Positions 1 to 10,260 of a stretch of 64,000 nucleotides of DNA are shown here, one piece after another (the stretch's first letter is position 1; every line of letters begins with the position of its first letter). The stretch is from Trypanosoma brucei (taxonomy: Eukaryota): NCBI GenBank assembly GCA_000002445.1, contig CM000208.1:3104001-3168000 (forward strand), read 5' to 3'. Position numbers and translations under genes: made by a program. Under the pieces are notes generated by a model. It ran no database searches. It had not been told where the DNA came from and saw only the letters and a program-made list of their open reading frames with translations.

Positions 1-393
1 CTTCGTTTGGACCGAGTTATTGACGTGCTGGAGGAAGGCGGGGACGGCACAGGCACTTCTGGTAGCGACCGCGCGTCAACAGTCATCGAGCTGAGTGAAT
101 CTGCGCAAGCGATTGCTTCTTCCCTGCTGTCTCTACTGGGGACCCTGACACCCGCACAACGCCACAGGACGCTTATGCTCTTCTGTGAACGCTGGCGCGT
201 CGCACTTCCTCGTAGCTTGGGCGCCGTATGGGACGATGACGGCTGTCGTGAGGTTATACGGCGCGTCGCCGCAAAGGTTGGTCACGTTGTAGATTTTCAT
301 TCACTGGGAACGAGTGAGCGCTCGTCAAGCACGTTGTCAAGCGCATCGGTAATTATTATCCCCAATCGGACCACGGATTTTGATAAGTTTTAA
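1..393 (+). CDS. Probable 3' end of a plus-strand protein-coding gene, 5'-truncated by the window edge. The frame is open from position 1 to the stop at 391-393.
   Basis: The ORF-track ORF at 7-393 begins on a TTG and stays in frame back to base 1 (ctt cgt), so it is open to the window edge. The amino-acid composition looks protein-like rather than low-complexity. No recognisable domain. Confidence 0.35.
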   Translation, partial: LRLDRVIDVLEEGGDGTGTSGSDRASTVIELSESAQAIASSLLSLLGTLTPAQRHRTLMLFCERWRVALPRSLGAVWDDDGCREVIRRVAAKVGHVVDFHSLGTSERSSSTLSSASVIIIPNRTTDFDKF

Positions 394-1129
394 GGGTTTT
401 GGGGGGTTAATGGCACAACAGGAGCCCGAGTCACGTGCCAATACGCCCTCCCGAGCAAAACTCTTTGCCAGATGTAAAGTGGCTTTGTTGGTTTTCCACT
501 CTCCGCCGGGTGTCTTGTTTTGTTTCTATTAGCTAGTGCCATTATAAAAAAATTTGTGGTGAAAACGTTTTTTACAATTTCCTCCCTCCCTATGGACAGA
601 TATTTTAATAAATAGGAACTAACACATGTGCTTACTAACAAAAGTTATGTTGTTGTGCTGGTATCTGAGCGTAGTTGTTGCGCACATATGCGCTAATGGG
701 TTATCGACCTCTCCCGTATTCTACGTTATGGGAGGGGGGGGGGTTTGGTCTTTTGTGTTTTTCCCTGCAGTTGGTACTTAAGCATCATTATGTAACCATG
801 CGCCAAGGAAATTCACCTCCGGCACTGCTAACAAACCTATTTAGGTTACATTAGTGGTAAATATTTTTTTTTTTCAAGTAATAGTGAACCTCTTTTTTCG
901 AAATATTTTCTTAGCAGCATGCATGTCTTATGGGGCGAGCGCTCAACAACGTCTCCGGCGGTGAAATCTTATTTTTTTTTCGTTCCCGATAGCCTGATGG
1001 CCTTAACAAACAAGAGAGAGTCTCTGTCACCCTTTCTTACTTACGGTACCCGTCCCTGTGCTTCGTCAGTGACGTCGCGGTAGCTACACCTGCAACTTTC
1101 AATGGAGAGATTTCCTGCAGGCTGTCGTG

Positions 1130-1185
1130 TACTTTTTCCCTTTTGCTTTCTCTTGTTTTTTTTTTCCGTCCACAACGCACAAAAG
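1130..1185 (+). promoter_or_regulatory. Plus-strand polypyrimidine tract followed by AG (ctttttcccttttgctttctcttgtttttttttccgtccacaacgcacaaaag). Candidate polyadenylation/SL-acceptor signal for plus-strand transcription downstream of the 1-393 gene fragment.
   Basis: Read directly. The strand orientation is opposite to the polypyrimidine tract at 4796-4845. Confidence 0.35.
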
Positions 1186-1519
1186 TGGGATTGGGTTTTG
1201 TGGTGATGACACCACCCCAGTACTTTAGCGGAACATGTTGAGCGTATGAAAACTAAAGCTTATGGGAAAATATCTCATGTGATGCCAGTCGTGCCAACGT
1301 GAGTCGGAGACCAACGTCTCCACGCTACTTGGAGAGACTGAGAATCACTGGCGTACCATACCTGCAAAGCCTCGGGGTGTGCGCTAGTGTTTTATCGGTA
1401 TGATCGCATGCTGCAGGATGCGACAGTTTATTTCTGCCCCCTGTGTCGGGTGCGTGCTCCCCACAGTCCTGGTTAGTGGGGCGAGCAGCTACGATGTTAA
1501 GTGAAAAAAAATTTTAATT

Positions 1520-1591
1520 GATGGCGGAAAAATGGCCGGATGTCGTGCAACATAACAGTAACACACAGCATCGGGCCATTTTTCCGCCATC
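1520..1591. repeat. Perfect 18-bp inverted repeat (gatggcggaaaaatggcc / ggccatttttccgccatc) with a 36-nt spacer. A 10-bp palindrome cggctagccg follows at 1593-1602.
   Basis: Checked base by base. 1520-1537 is the exact reverse complement of 1574-1591. Predicted strong hairpin in DNA or RNA. Confidence 0.95.
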
Positions 1592-3957
1592 GCGGCTAGC
1601 CGTGTGAATACATGGTTCCGCTCACATTTACTAACCCCGAGCGGAGGTGCTTGCTGCCACACGGCTTCAGCCTGCAGGAGATGGGTAGTGTATTATAATT
1701 GTTGTATCCGAAGCACTGAGAGCTGTGCAATGCAAACCTTGTTGGTTGATATTTACACTTGTTGATGGGATTTTCATGCGCGAACCTTCTCCTCATTCGG
1801 ATGAAATTTTCTTTCTTTTAGTCGTGTGGACACGTCTTAACAGTCTTTCGTTGCAAGTCTACCCAGCTCTTTCTTTCCTTTTGTCGTTGTTTACCTGCGA
1901 TTCAAAAAGAATGTGTACCTGAAGAAAAATTATCATGTAATCATTTCATCGAGTGTGTGGTGTGTTATCCCCAAAGCTTGTTGCTTGACGTCGCCGCTAC
2001 CCAGTTGGCACATCGCCCTCCCTTCGTATCACGCCTCACTAACAGGGTCAAGTGGGTGTGTTTTGGTTATGTTTGTTTCGAACTGTGAGGACACAATTCC
2101 ACTCGATTAGAGGCGTTTGTGGAGGGCAACTGTTGGTGCTGTCGTCCACTCACCAAATGTACTTCAGTGAAGCCACTTACTCAGGCGGTAATTACGCTAA
2201 ATCTGTATTTGTTTCTTGTTTTGACCCATCGCGGAGAAATGCCGGTTTGGGGGGAGGGGAGAGGGGCAACACGTGAAGTGCTCCTCGAAGGAGGTCGGTG
2301 GGAAAAACAGAGTGAATGGGAAAAGGGCAGTTGGAAAAGCTCCCCCGAGTGGAACGCCGGTTATGAATGGTGGGAGCAGGTGTATGGACTCGGTTGCTAA
2401 AAGAAGCCAGGGGAAAGGCTTGCCGCAAGGAGTGGATCTCTCAAAGAAGGAAAGGATACACGCTGGTGCCGAAGAAGAGAGCTCCGTTTAGGGAACAAAA
2501 AGGAACAAAGTGGATGTGCAGCGTCCACTCTCTCCGTGGCCTTCCGTTTGTTGAAATTAGTGGGGTATCGGTGGGCATTGCCGACACGTACGGTACATTT
2601 TATCTGCTGACTTCACTTTCACTGAGACAGTTGCCACCTACAGTGCTGACGGTGGGGCCAGTTGAGACACCAACACCGACATTGGGAACACCTGTGTGAA
2701 CTCTAATTTCCCCCCTGTTGTCGATCCCACAGTTGGTATCAGGGAAAATAATATATTCGTTCTCGTGGGAAGGTGTAGCTCTTCCAGTAAGCATTGGACA
2801 TGGAAACATTACGGTGAAAACTGGGATATACTCATGTACAATGGTACTGAAAAAGAAAGCAGGATCTGGTATGCCAGTCGTAACCGTAAAGTGGAACAAA
2901 CCCCAAAAATTGAAATATCTTTTACCAGCGCTGCTTCCCCTTGGAGATAAATCTCCATTACGGTTCCTCGGTGGTGCAGGAAGCGCGGCCAGCACATCAA
3001 GTGATCCGCTTGCCTTCCCCACGTACGCGAAGAACACACGGAGGCATACAGCTGCAAAGATGTTGTATTAGGTTGGCGATGGCAAAATGTGGCCCCTTGC
3101 CGTAGGTGAGACGCCCGTTGGTGTGATGGGGACTTTTGTTTCTCGGTGAAATAGATTTCTTAATGGTAGGACCTGCCCGGAATACCGCACGATGCTCGAG
3201 TCGAAAGGCGTTGGTGCAACGTGGAATGAGCTGCTTGGAACTGTGCCCAGCGCGGTTGGTAACTCACCAAACCATAGACGACCCGGAAACACCGAGAGGA
3301 CCATCATATTAAACGTTGAAGACGTTCTCGTGATCTTCTTTACTCGGCCGAAAACACGAGGGGGACTCCGGCGGCGTGATCGCCCCCGCCCATGGCCAGC
3401 GAATGGCAGTCGGACATATACCTCGCGACATTGAATAAATTCCTTATATTTCTTTCTTCTATGTGAACGGCAGATCGCCCACCTGCTCGAATGAACAAAA
3501 CTGCCACAGAAGTTCTCACCATTTACCTTGCACGCCCTGTGGGCAAATTCGAGGTTGTCAAGTCTACGGTGAGGTTATGGAACTAACAAAGTAAACTGCT
3601 GTGCGGTACGTGGCCTTCCGTGACGGAATCCCTGCGCCGCCTGCACCGTCAGTTTGCTCGGAGGCCCCCCTGGTGTAAGAGTGTGGATTGATGATCTTGA
3701 CACTGTTGTATAGTTGCCAGCCGTTATTGTGGGGAAAGGAAAAGCAGTTTCAAACGAGCGAACCGTCACATGGCGAGCGCGGCAGTGATGTTGCACGTGC
3801 ACGCCCTCATCCTTAGCCAAAGGTGTTTTTTTACGCGCTGCTTCCGTTTCGGGAAACCTCACGAGGGCTGCAGCTCGAGATTTTTATTTGGCATACTTCG
3901 ATGATTTCCCACAACCTTTGCACACCAATTTGGTAAATACGGGAGGTACGGGGGCCG

Positions 3958-3960
<3 letters not shown>

Positions 3961-4003
<43 letters not shown>
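3961..4003. repeat. (AC)21 dinucleotide microsatellite.
   Basis: Read directly: 43 nt of uninterrupted acac... Confidence 0.95.
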
Positions 4004-4004
<1 letters not shown>

Positions 4005-4379
4005 CAACCATAGCTTTTAAAGGAGTAGGTGTAAACGATACATCAACAGAATTTTTGTTTTGCTTGGGAAGTGCCACTTTAGGGGATGGGGAACAATTTA
4101 TGGTCGATGATGAGGCTTCCCGGGCATTTTGGAAAAGAAGGATGGAATTGCTCAGGGTCTGGTGGTTAAAGTTTTGCAACGGGAGTGTGCCGAGCCCCTT
4201 CCCACAACTTTTTCCTCACTCGAGTGAGTGGCCCGACTTTTACGTGTCGTCTCCCGGTTGTTTCGGTGGCGATGCTTCTGAATGTTTTCAGTCTAATGAA
4301 CAGGAAGAAGGAGCCGTGCCCCTCAGTAGGAAAGGTGGCGTACGGTGGATCATTTCGCACAGCATTGGAGGGCTTCGGA

Positions 4380-4401
4380 TGTGTGTGTGTGTGTGTGTGT
4401 G
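4380..4401. repeat. (TG)11 dinucleotide microsatellite, complementary in sense to the (AC)21 tract ~380 bp upstream.
   Basis: Read directly: tgtgtg... 22 nt. Confidence 0.95.
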
Positions 4402-4795
4402 AAATCCTTCCCATACTGCAGGGATAAAAAAGGGTTTCCCGGATTCTATCCTCTTGTCTGTGTTTCCCGATGTCGCGGCAGACCCCTTTTAGGCTGCTAC
4501 CGTGGATTTTACATGCAGTAGGGCTTTGCTGAGAGAAGGTGCGCGGGTAGGTCAAAAGAAAAAGACAAAAAACGTAGGGAAAAGTGATCATTTCGCCAGC
4601 GTCTGAAAAGAAAATCCCCACTTTACCAATTTTTCTAACGGCGAGGGGCTTCACCACGAATAATTTTATAAGCGCAAGTTCGTGCGTCGCCGGTGTCAGG
4701 GGAAGTGGGCTTCATCAGGGCAAACGGCAGTGACACCAACATTCGCTCGCTCCTGTACAAAAAGAAAATGAATAAGGTGCAAAAGGTAATAAATC

Positions 4796-4845
4796 AAAAG
4801 AAAAAAAAGGAAAAGGGCGAAAAGGAAAAAAAACGAAACGTCTTA
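4796..4845 (-). promoter_or_regulatory. Long polypyrimidine tract on the minus strand (purine-rich on plus: caaaagaaaaaaaaggaaaagggcgaaaaggaaaaaaaacgaaacg), ~0.85 kb downstream of the stop of the 1251-aa gene. Candidate polyadenylation / trans-splicing signal.
   Basis: Read directly. In trypanosomatids, polypyrimidine tracts direct coupled polyadenylation of the upstream mRNA and SL addition to the downstream one. Confidence 0.4.
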
Positions 4846-5670
4846 ACTAAGTTGGTGTACAAGACACGAAAATTTATATCGTCCCTTCAATAAGGAGCGG
4901 ACTTCATGTTGAACGCCCAGGCACACACAATCTCCCCGTCAGTTGTGGTGGGAAGCGACTAGAGAGGACGCGGTGTGCCAAACTTTCTCGTCACCACTGG
5001 ACCCCGTAGTGCTGTAACTGTGTTTTCGTGTGTGCAGAGGGGAGGATCATATTCTGCCGCGTCGGTACGACACATGGCGCCGCATTTTGTTAGTGTCAGA
5101 AGGACACGCCCTTCGTGGCAGTAGCCGCGGATGGCGGACGGTTTTCTTTTTTCTCCCCCCCCCCTGCACATCTCTACCCCTCATGCGCAAACCTTTCCAT
5201 CGTTAATTTGCCGTCATGGTACAACATTCCCCCAATCGTTCCGGGCGGTCGTTCTAATACACAACGTAGTCCCAATCCTAACCCTTTTCCGGTTCCAACA
5301 TTTTGATGCAATATTTTTTTCCGCATGGAGTAATGACCCTTTCCTCGCAGCACCATGCATTTCCGTTACACAGTTCCCATGTTTCCACGCAGTCGCAGTG
5401 TGTGCGACCACCGCTTCTGAGTTCTCTGTTTAACAAACAATATAATGCACATGCCCACCGAGTAAAACACCCCGCAACCAGCCAAAAGGGGGAAAAAAAG
5501 ACGTCCGCTACTCGATTCCCGCTTCTTCACCGCACTCACCTTTACGAGCGCAGCATGGTACGGAGCGTACACGGCACTCACCATCCTCGATGGCGTTTGC
5601 GGCGTCTCTGGAGCTGGCTCCGGTTGCAATAACCCTTTTTTTTCCCCTGTCACCCACGTTCTTCGCTATG

Positions 5671-8600
5671 TTAGCTGTGAAACCAGCGGACGAGGTATTC
5701 GGGATAACTTCGCGTACCGGGTGACGGCACCGACAATTCCCACTGACCTGCCGCGGGCCCGCTGCCTCTCACCATCGCGCATCGCTGCACAACAAAGAGG
5801 CCGGTGTCAGGCCCCGCTGACGGTACGCAACATGTTTCCATTTCGTCCTCATCACTCACCACAGCCCCCAGTGCGACGCGGAACACGATTGCCCACGTGG
5901 CCCACGGGTTGTCATCGTTGCGTGTTTGTTTTTTGGCCTCCATCCACGGCGGAACAAATGCAAACCGGCATTTTTCTTCTTTAGTCCCCTCGAGACATAT
6001 TTGCCATGCCTCCTCCTCGTCCTTGCAGTTGTACCACAAGAATCGTTCGTTGACCTCACAATCGTCGCTGCACGGTAAGAAGTGAGGTTGCTCTCTCAAC
6101 GCCACCGGCACTGAAAAAGAACTACACCCGCGCGCCAGCACCAGTTGCTGGCGATATTTCCAATATGTTTCCCACAAGTAAATGTTACGGTTGAGAAACA
6201 CCGCGGTGCCCTGAGGTGATCGGTGCATGAGAACGCGGTTGTCTGGAAACAACGAGACAGGCCCCATGTTTTTTTGCGCTGTCCAATACGGCGGGTAGGA
6301 AACCTCCTTGGTAAAGAGGTATTGACGTTCGTCACAATCATAGTTTACTTTGATAAGGCGCCGTACGAAGCCTCTTGCATCCAGCAGACTCCAACGAGGC
6401 TCCAGTTTACCCGTCAAACGGTCAGCGACTTCCAGAAACACATTAAACATTTCCCTTATCTGTTGCTCGGCCTGGCCGCATCCAGTCACCACACCTGAAG
6501 AGGCCCTGTCGTCACTAGCGTTGCGATGGGGAGAAGATTTGGTCTGCGGCAGGGTGCCACGAAGGTATGGGAGTACTTCAGCGTGTAGAGTCACTCCAAA
6601 GTCAGCAGCGTCATCCTGAGCGGTTTTCGTCCCGTATTTGTGCACCTTCAGGGAGTTTGAAAAAAATCCGAGCGTCGTATTTCCAAAGTCATCATGTGTG
6701 AAGTTGGACATGCAGATATCGCCATGGGTTACCTGGCACGAGTGAATGTCAATAATAGCCTGCAAGGCGCCGTGGAGCCATCGAACCCCGTGTTGTTTGA
6801 TTCTTTTTAAGATGTCCTGGGGTGAGCTAAATCGCACTTGTGTTCCGCCCCGGGGTAGATGAAAATATATTTGATTTGTGTGCTCATCACCGAATACTTC
6901 AATTGCAGAGGTCACGCGACAGGACGCGCACGTCTCCTGAAGTCGCAGCTCACGTTCCATGAGGGTTTTGAATACCTTGGTTGTTTGTACCGAAGACTCA
7001 TTTTCATATTTTGGGAATGTATACCGCTTGAGCCAGCATGGTGTAACGGTGCCGCTGATGGGATCCACATACTCAGCGCACAACAGGGCAAACTCGATTT
7101 CGCTGATCTCTTTTCCATCTTTTAACACCATCCCCTGATAGGTTGCAGGTTTGTGGGGTTCCAATACATTTCGGGGCTCAACCACAACGTGCTTGTAACT
7201 CACTAAGGTACGTTCACGCTCGTATTTTACATAGCGCCGAATTTCACATTTTTGGTGCGCGCAACGGGCGCAGGAGGAAGGCAGCAATTTGAAGAACCCA
7301 ATATTTTCTGGCAGGTGCACACTGTAGATATTGTATAACTCGCACGTGGCGGCGTCTACCTCCGTAAACACTTGGTGAAAAAGCAAACTTTCCTTTGTGT
7401 CCCCTTCACGTTGTTCGCTCGACTTCAATTTTTCCTTCTTAGCGGTAGATTTGGAGGTTCGCCCCCCTACGTCATGCGTTGCGTGCCGCAGTGACGCAAC
7501 ACTCTTCATTTTGCTGTCCCGCGCTCTGTAATATTCCTTGCACGTTTCCCGTAGTCGCTGGTGCGTATCAACAGCGTGTGCTCCCGAAAGCGCAAACCCC
7601 GCAATAAGCCCGATGATTCTCACCTCATCCGCGAATTCCAGCGTCCTCTCATCTTCTGTTTCATCAGATTCTTCCAACGAATCGCTGTCGCCGGTGCAGA
7701 GTGCTTGTATCGCGGTCTGTATGTCAAACAGCGCACTGAGTGTCTGTCCCGTCCCCGCCACCACTGTTACATCAGCAGTGGCACCGGTGTGCTGCTTGAA
7801 AAAGCTGTGGGCGAGGCTTTGCGCGGTTTTCCACAACTCAAATGCCTCGATCAACTTGCCGGTCACGTGCTTTGGAAAGCAAGTTGCGACAATTGTCCTC
7901 CTTAGATCCTCACGCTTTGCCACCGCCTCACATTTTGTGCACCACCGGAAATCACAGCAGGAACGCTCGACGGGTAAAACGGTCGTTGCGGTATCCCTCG
8001 CAGCGACTTCATCCGCGATGTGAACAAATACATGCATTCTGATGAACATGTGCACGTTGACCTTGAGCCGCGACCATCCCTCACAATCCCTGTGCAGCTG
8101 TTTCAACCACGAAAACGGAACTGCCTCGGTTGTGAGTTGGTAACAACGCTGAATAGCGGCTAGTACTACACAGATGCTGTGCTGCGTCGTCGAAGCTTTC
8201 GTTTCCGAAACTGCGTATTCCTCATCAGCGACACTTTCATCCGGCTCGTCCACGCTAAGTTCCTCCAGTTCGCTCAACTCCAGTGGGGTCCCCGCTTCTA
8301 ACGCCAAGAGTCCACTGTCACACAGCTCTTGGGCTTCTTGTGAAGAGTTCTTTCCAGTACGAAACAGCGATTGCAGAAAGCTCACAACGGCATTCTTCTT
8401 TCGTTTTCGGGGGCGCCGCGCACCATCTGTGTGGATTGCTTCCTCATTTTCTTGACACAAACGCCGGCAATCCTCATGCCAGCCCTGGCAGAAGGCGTAG
8501 ACCTCAAAGTCATGGTTCAGCACACCCGTCAACTCACCGCTCCCGCCTCTGTCGGGGTGGTGCACGAGCAAAAGTGCTCTGTAAACCTTTCTGCACTCAT

Positions 8601-9426
8601 TGCGTTCGTTTACAAAACCCCACTTCCGCTGCAGCTGAACTATCGCAAAATGCTGGAAGGATATAGGCATCAACGCAATATTAGCCGAGGCACGGTACTC
8701 GCTAATATCCGTGAGACCCTCCCACCCGCATGCCACTCGGTAATCTCTGTAGTGTTGGACGATACGGCATGTCTCAAAGGAGAGCAGGCAATGCTGTGGT
8801 TCGAGTAGTTCCTCGAAGCGCCTCCGGGCCCCCTGTTCGTTACGGGGGTACCCGTACTGTCTCCTAAGCTTAATTTTAAGAATTAGACGATCAACATGCC
8901 GAGTGAGTAGCGTTACAACGCAGAAGTTTAAAGCAACAGAAAGCACTGTAGTTGCAATAACTTGCCCAACCACTGGAATGGAACCCAACCCGATCAGCGA
9001 TCCAATGGCGTATCCAATCGCCAAGCCAGTGGCTGCGGTTCCAACCTCCTTGCCAATGCGCAACGCCAAATCCGTACGATCCATTGGCAATCCCAATACG
9101 TTAAGCGCCCCACGCCGGTAGTCGCTGACAGCGCGGAATGACTCGTATGCAGCGACCGCTGCCGCCGCTATCGGGTTGGCCACAGTTGCCGAAAAGACAA
9201 GGTTGGTTGTGATGCTCACACCCGTGCGAGCAGCACCATCAACAATATCTCCCCTCTTCAAAGCAAGAACCGACTCGTGGGAGTTTGTTGGGGAAACGGT
9301 GTGATCCGATGCATTCTGAGGTGTAAGCGACAGTTGAATGTTTTCCTGCGTCGGGTCCTCCTCTCGTCGTTTTGATTCATCATCATCAACAATAATAAAC
9401 TCACTGGCATCTTCCTTATCCGTCAT
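5671..9426 (-). CDS. Large multidomain protein (1251 aa). It has hydrophobic transmembrane segments (about aa 131-175), a DnaJ/J-domain with an HPD motif (about aa 280-300), and a C-terminal region with alpha-kinase-like motifs.
   Basis: One ATG-initiated 1251-codon ORF. The N-terminal stretch GLAIGYAIGSLIGLGSIPVVGQVIATTVLSVALNFCVVTLL is hydrophobic. KVYRALLLVHHPDRGGSGE matches the J-domain helix II/III plus HPD loop. Near aa 900-935, THGDICMSNFTHDDFGNTTLGFFSNSLKVHKYG resembles the TDPQI..DFGDGNLG..FF..H.CN segment of alpha-kinases such as eEF2K, but the catalytic Gln of that motif is not conserved. Confidence 0.8.
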   Translation of the reverse strand: MTDKEDASEFIIVDDDESKRREEDPTQENIQLSLTPQNASDHTVSPTNSHESVLALKRGDIVDGAARTGVSITTNLVFSATVANPIAAAAVAAYESFRAVSDYRRGALNVLGLPMDRTDLALRIGKEVGTAATGLAIGYAIGSLIGLGSIPVVGQVIATTVLSVALNFCVVTLLTRHVDRLILKIKLRRQYGYPRNEQGARRRFEELLEPQHCLLSFETCRIVQHYRDYRVACGWEGLTDISEYRASANIALMPISFQHFAIVQLQRKWGFVNERNECRKVYRALLLVHHPDRGGSGELTGVLNHDFEVYAFCQGWHEDCRRLCQENEEAIHTDGARRPRKRKKNAVVSFLQSLFRTGKNSSQEAQELCDSGLLALEAGTPLELSELEELSVDEPDESVADEEYAVSETKASTTQHSICVVLAAIQRCYQLTTEAVPFSWLKQLHRDCEGWSRLKVNVHMFIRMHVFVHIADEVAARDTATTVLPVERSCCDFRWCTKCEAVAKREDLRRTIVATCFPKHVTGKLIEAFELWKTAQSLAHSFFKQHTGATADVTVVAGTGQTLSALFDIQTAIQALCTGDSDSLEESDETEDERTLEFADEVRIIGLIAGFALSGAHAVDTHQRLRETCKEYYRARDSKMKSVASLRHATHDVGGRTSKSTAKKEKLKSSEQREGDTKESLLFHQVFTEVDAATCELYNIYSVHLPENIGFFKLLPSSCARCAHQKCEIRRYVKYERERTLVSYKHVVVEPRNVLEPHKPATYQGMVLKDGKEISEIEFALLCAEYVDPISGTVTPCWLKRYTFPKYENESSVQTTKVFKTLMERELRLQETCASCRVTSAIEVFGDEHTNQIYFHLPRGGTQVRFSSPQDILKRIKQHGVRWLHGALQAIIDIHSCQVTHGDICMSNFTHDDFGNTTLGFFSNSLKVHKYGTKTAQDDAADFGVTLHAEVLPYLRGTLPQTKSSPHRNASDDRASSGVVTGCGQAEQQIREMFNVFLEVADRLTGKLEPRWSLLDARGFVRRLIKVNYDCDERQYLFTKEVSYPPYWTAQKNMGPVSLFPDNRVLMHRSPQGTAVFLNRNIYLWETYWKYRQQLVLARGCSSFSVPVALREQPHFLPCSDDCEVNERFLWYNCKDEEEAWQICLEGTKEEKCRFAFVPPWMEAKKQTRNDDNPWATWAIVFRVALGAVVSDEDEMETCCVPSAGPDTGLFVVQRCAMVRGSGPAAGQWELSVPSPGTRSYPEYLVRWFHS

Positions 9427-10248
9427 TTTTTTCCTCGACCCACCCTTATGATCCCAACCACGGATAACTTTAAAGCTTCTTCTTTCCCTTTGGAGGCCCT
9501 TCCCGAGGGCAGCGGTGAGGCAGACGACGTATGGGGGAATCGGATATTAAAAAAACGGGAAGAGGAAAATGACGACGCTCGGTTGAACAATGGGATGATA
9601 CTTCACACCATAAATTTTTGCAATCTTCAAAAACCTCTCCGATATTCATCACGTATTTCTTTGCCTTCACACAAAAGCGGCGTACCGAGCACTCGAGTGT
9701 TCCACATGTATCTGAACTTTTGACTAAGTGGTAGCCCCAATTTATTGAGGAGCCAAACGATAGAACCCGTGAGGTAAAATTGAGTGAAAAAAACAATGGA
9801 AAATGAAGCTGCGCCGTGAAACCGGCAGTCCCTGCTGCTGGCGGGGGCCCGCACCACCTCCTGCGGCAACGCACGTGATATAAATAACGGAAGGAAGGAG
9901 GGGGGATGGAAAGATGTAACAACGCAAAAAAAAAAAAAGAAAAAAAAAGCATATGTAAAAATTAAAAAAACTCGTTTTGCGCAGAATAAAATCATCCCAC
10001 TGCAAAAACCACGTGCCAATTAGAGCGGTACGTGAAGTTTAAGTTTGGCTGCCCACCATACATGATATAACACACCAAGAGGGGTGCCAACAGGAAACCC
10101 ATGGGGACTGCAACAATAATTATGCTAAGAGAAAGCACCACCACCAGCACCTCCGTTTCACTTCCAGTAAGAGTGGTAGTTGTCTTGCATCGTTTTTTTT
10201 TTTAATTATGGTTAATATTGCCTTTTTGCATCGATGGGAAGTAGAAGA

Positions 10249-10260
10249 GGGGGGGGGGGG
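10249..10260. repeat. G12 homopolymer run. Similar G or C runs of 7-12 nt occur at 734-743 (G10), 5155-5164 (C10), 13216-13225 (C10), 17127-17142 (C7aC8), 18489-18496 (G8), 20892-20901 (C10) and 21670-21676 (G7).
   Basis: Counted directly in the sequence. All are intergenic. Confidence 0.9.

Noticed and set aside
2600-3037. 145-aa minus-strand ORF in the gene-free region as a possible small gene
   Set aside because: No recognisable motif, Gly/Pro/Thr-biased low-information composition, and it is overlapped by several similarly sized ORFs in other frames. It is more likely a chance ORF. It would need RNA-seq or ribosome-profiling support.
3859-4657. Minus-strand ORFs of 106 and 163 aa containing CVCVCV / THTHTH stretches
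   Set aside because: The frames are held open by the (AC)21 and (TG)11 microsatellites. The composition is otherwise not protein-like and there are no motifs.
394-5670. tRNA or other Pol III genes in the convergent region
   Set aside because: I scanned for T-loop (GGTTCGAATCC-like) and D-loop signatures on both strands and found none convincing. tggttagtggggcgagc at ~1471 lacks a matching acceptor stem or T-arm. I cannot exclude divergent small RNAs without a covariance-model search.
7538-8023. 161-aa plus-strand ORF, with similar antisense ORFs inside other large genes
   Set aside because: They are fully nested antisense to long, well-supported minus-strand CDSs. This is typical chance open frames in GC-balanced coding DNA.
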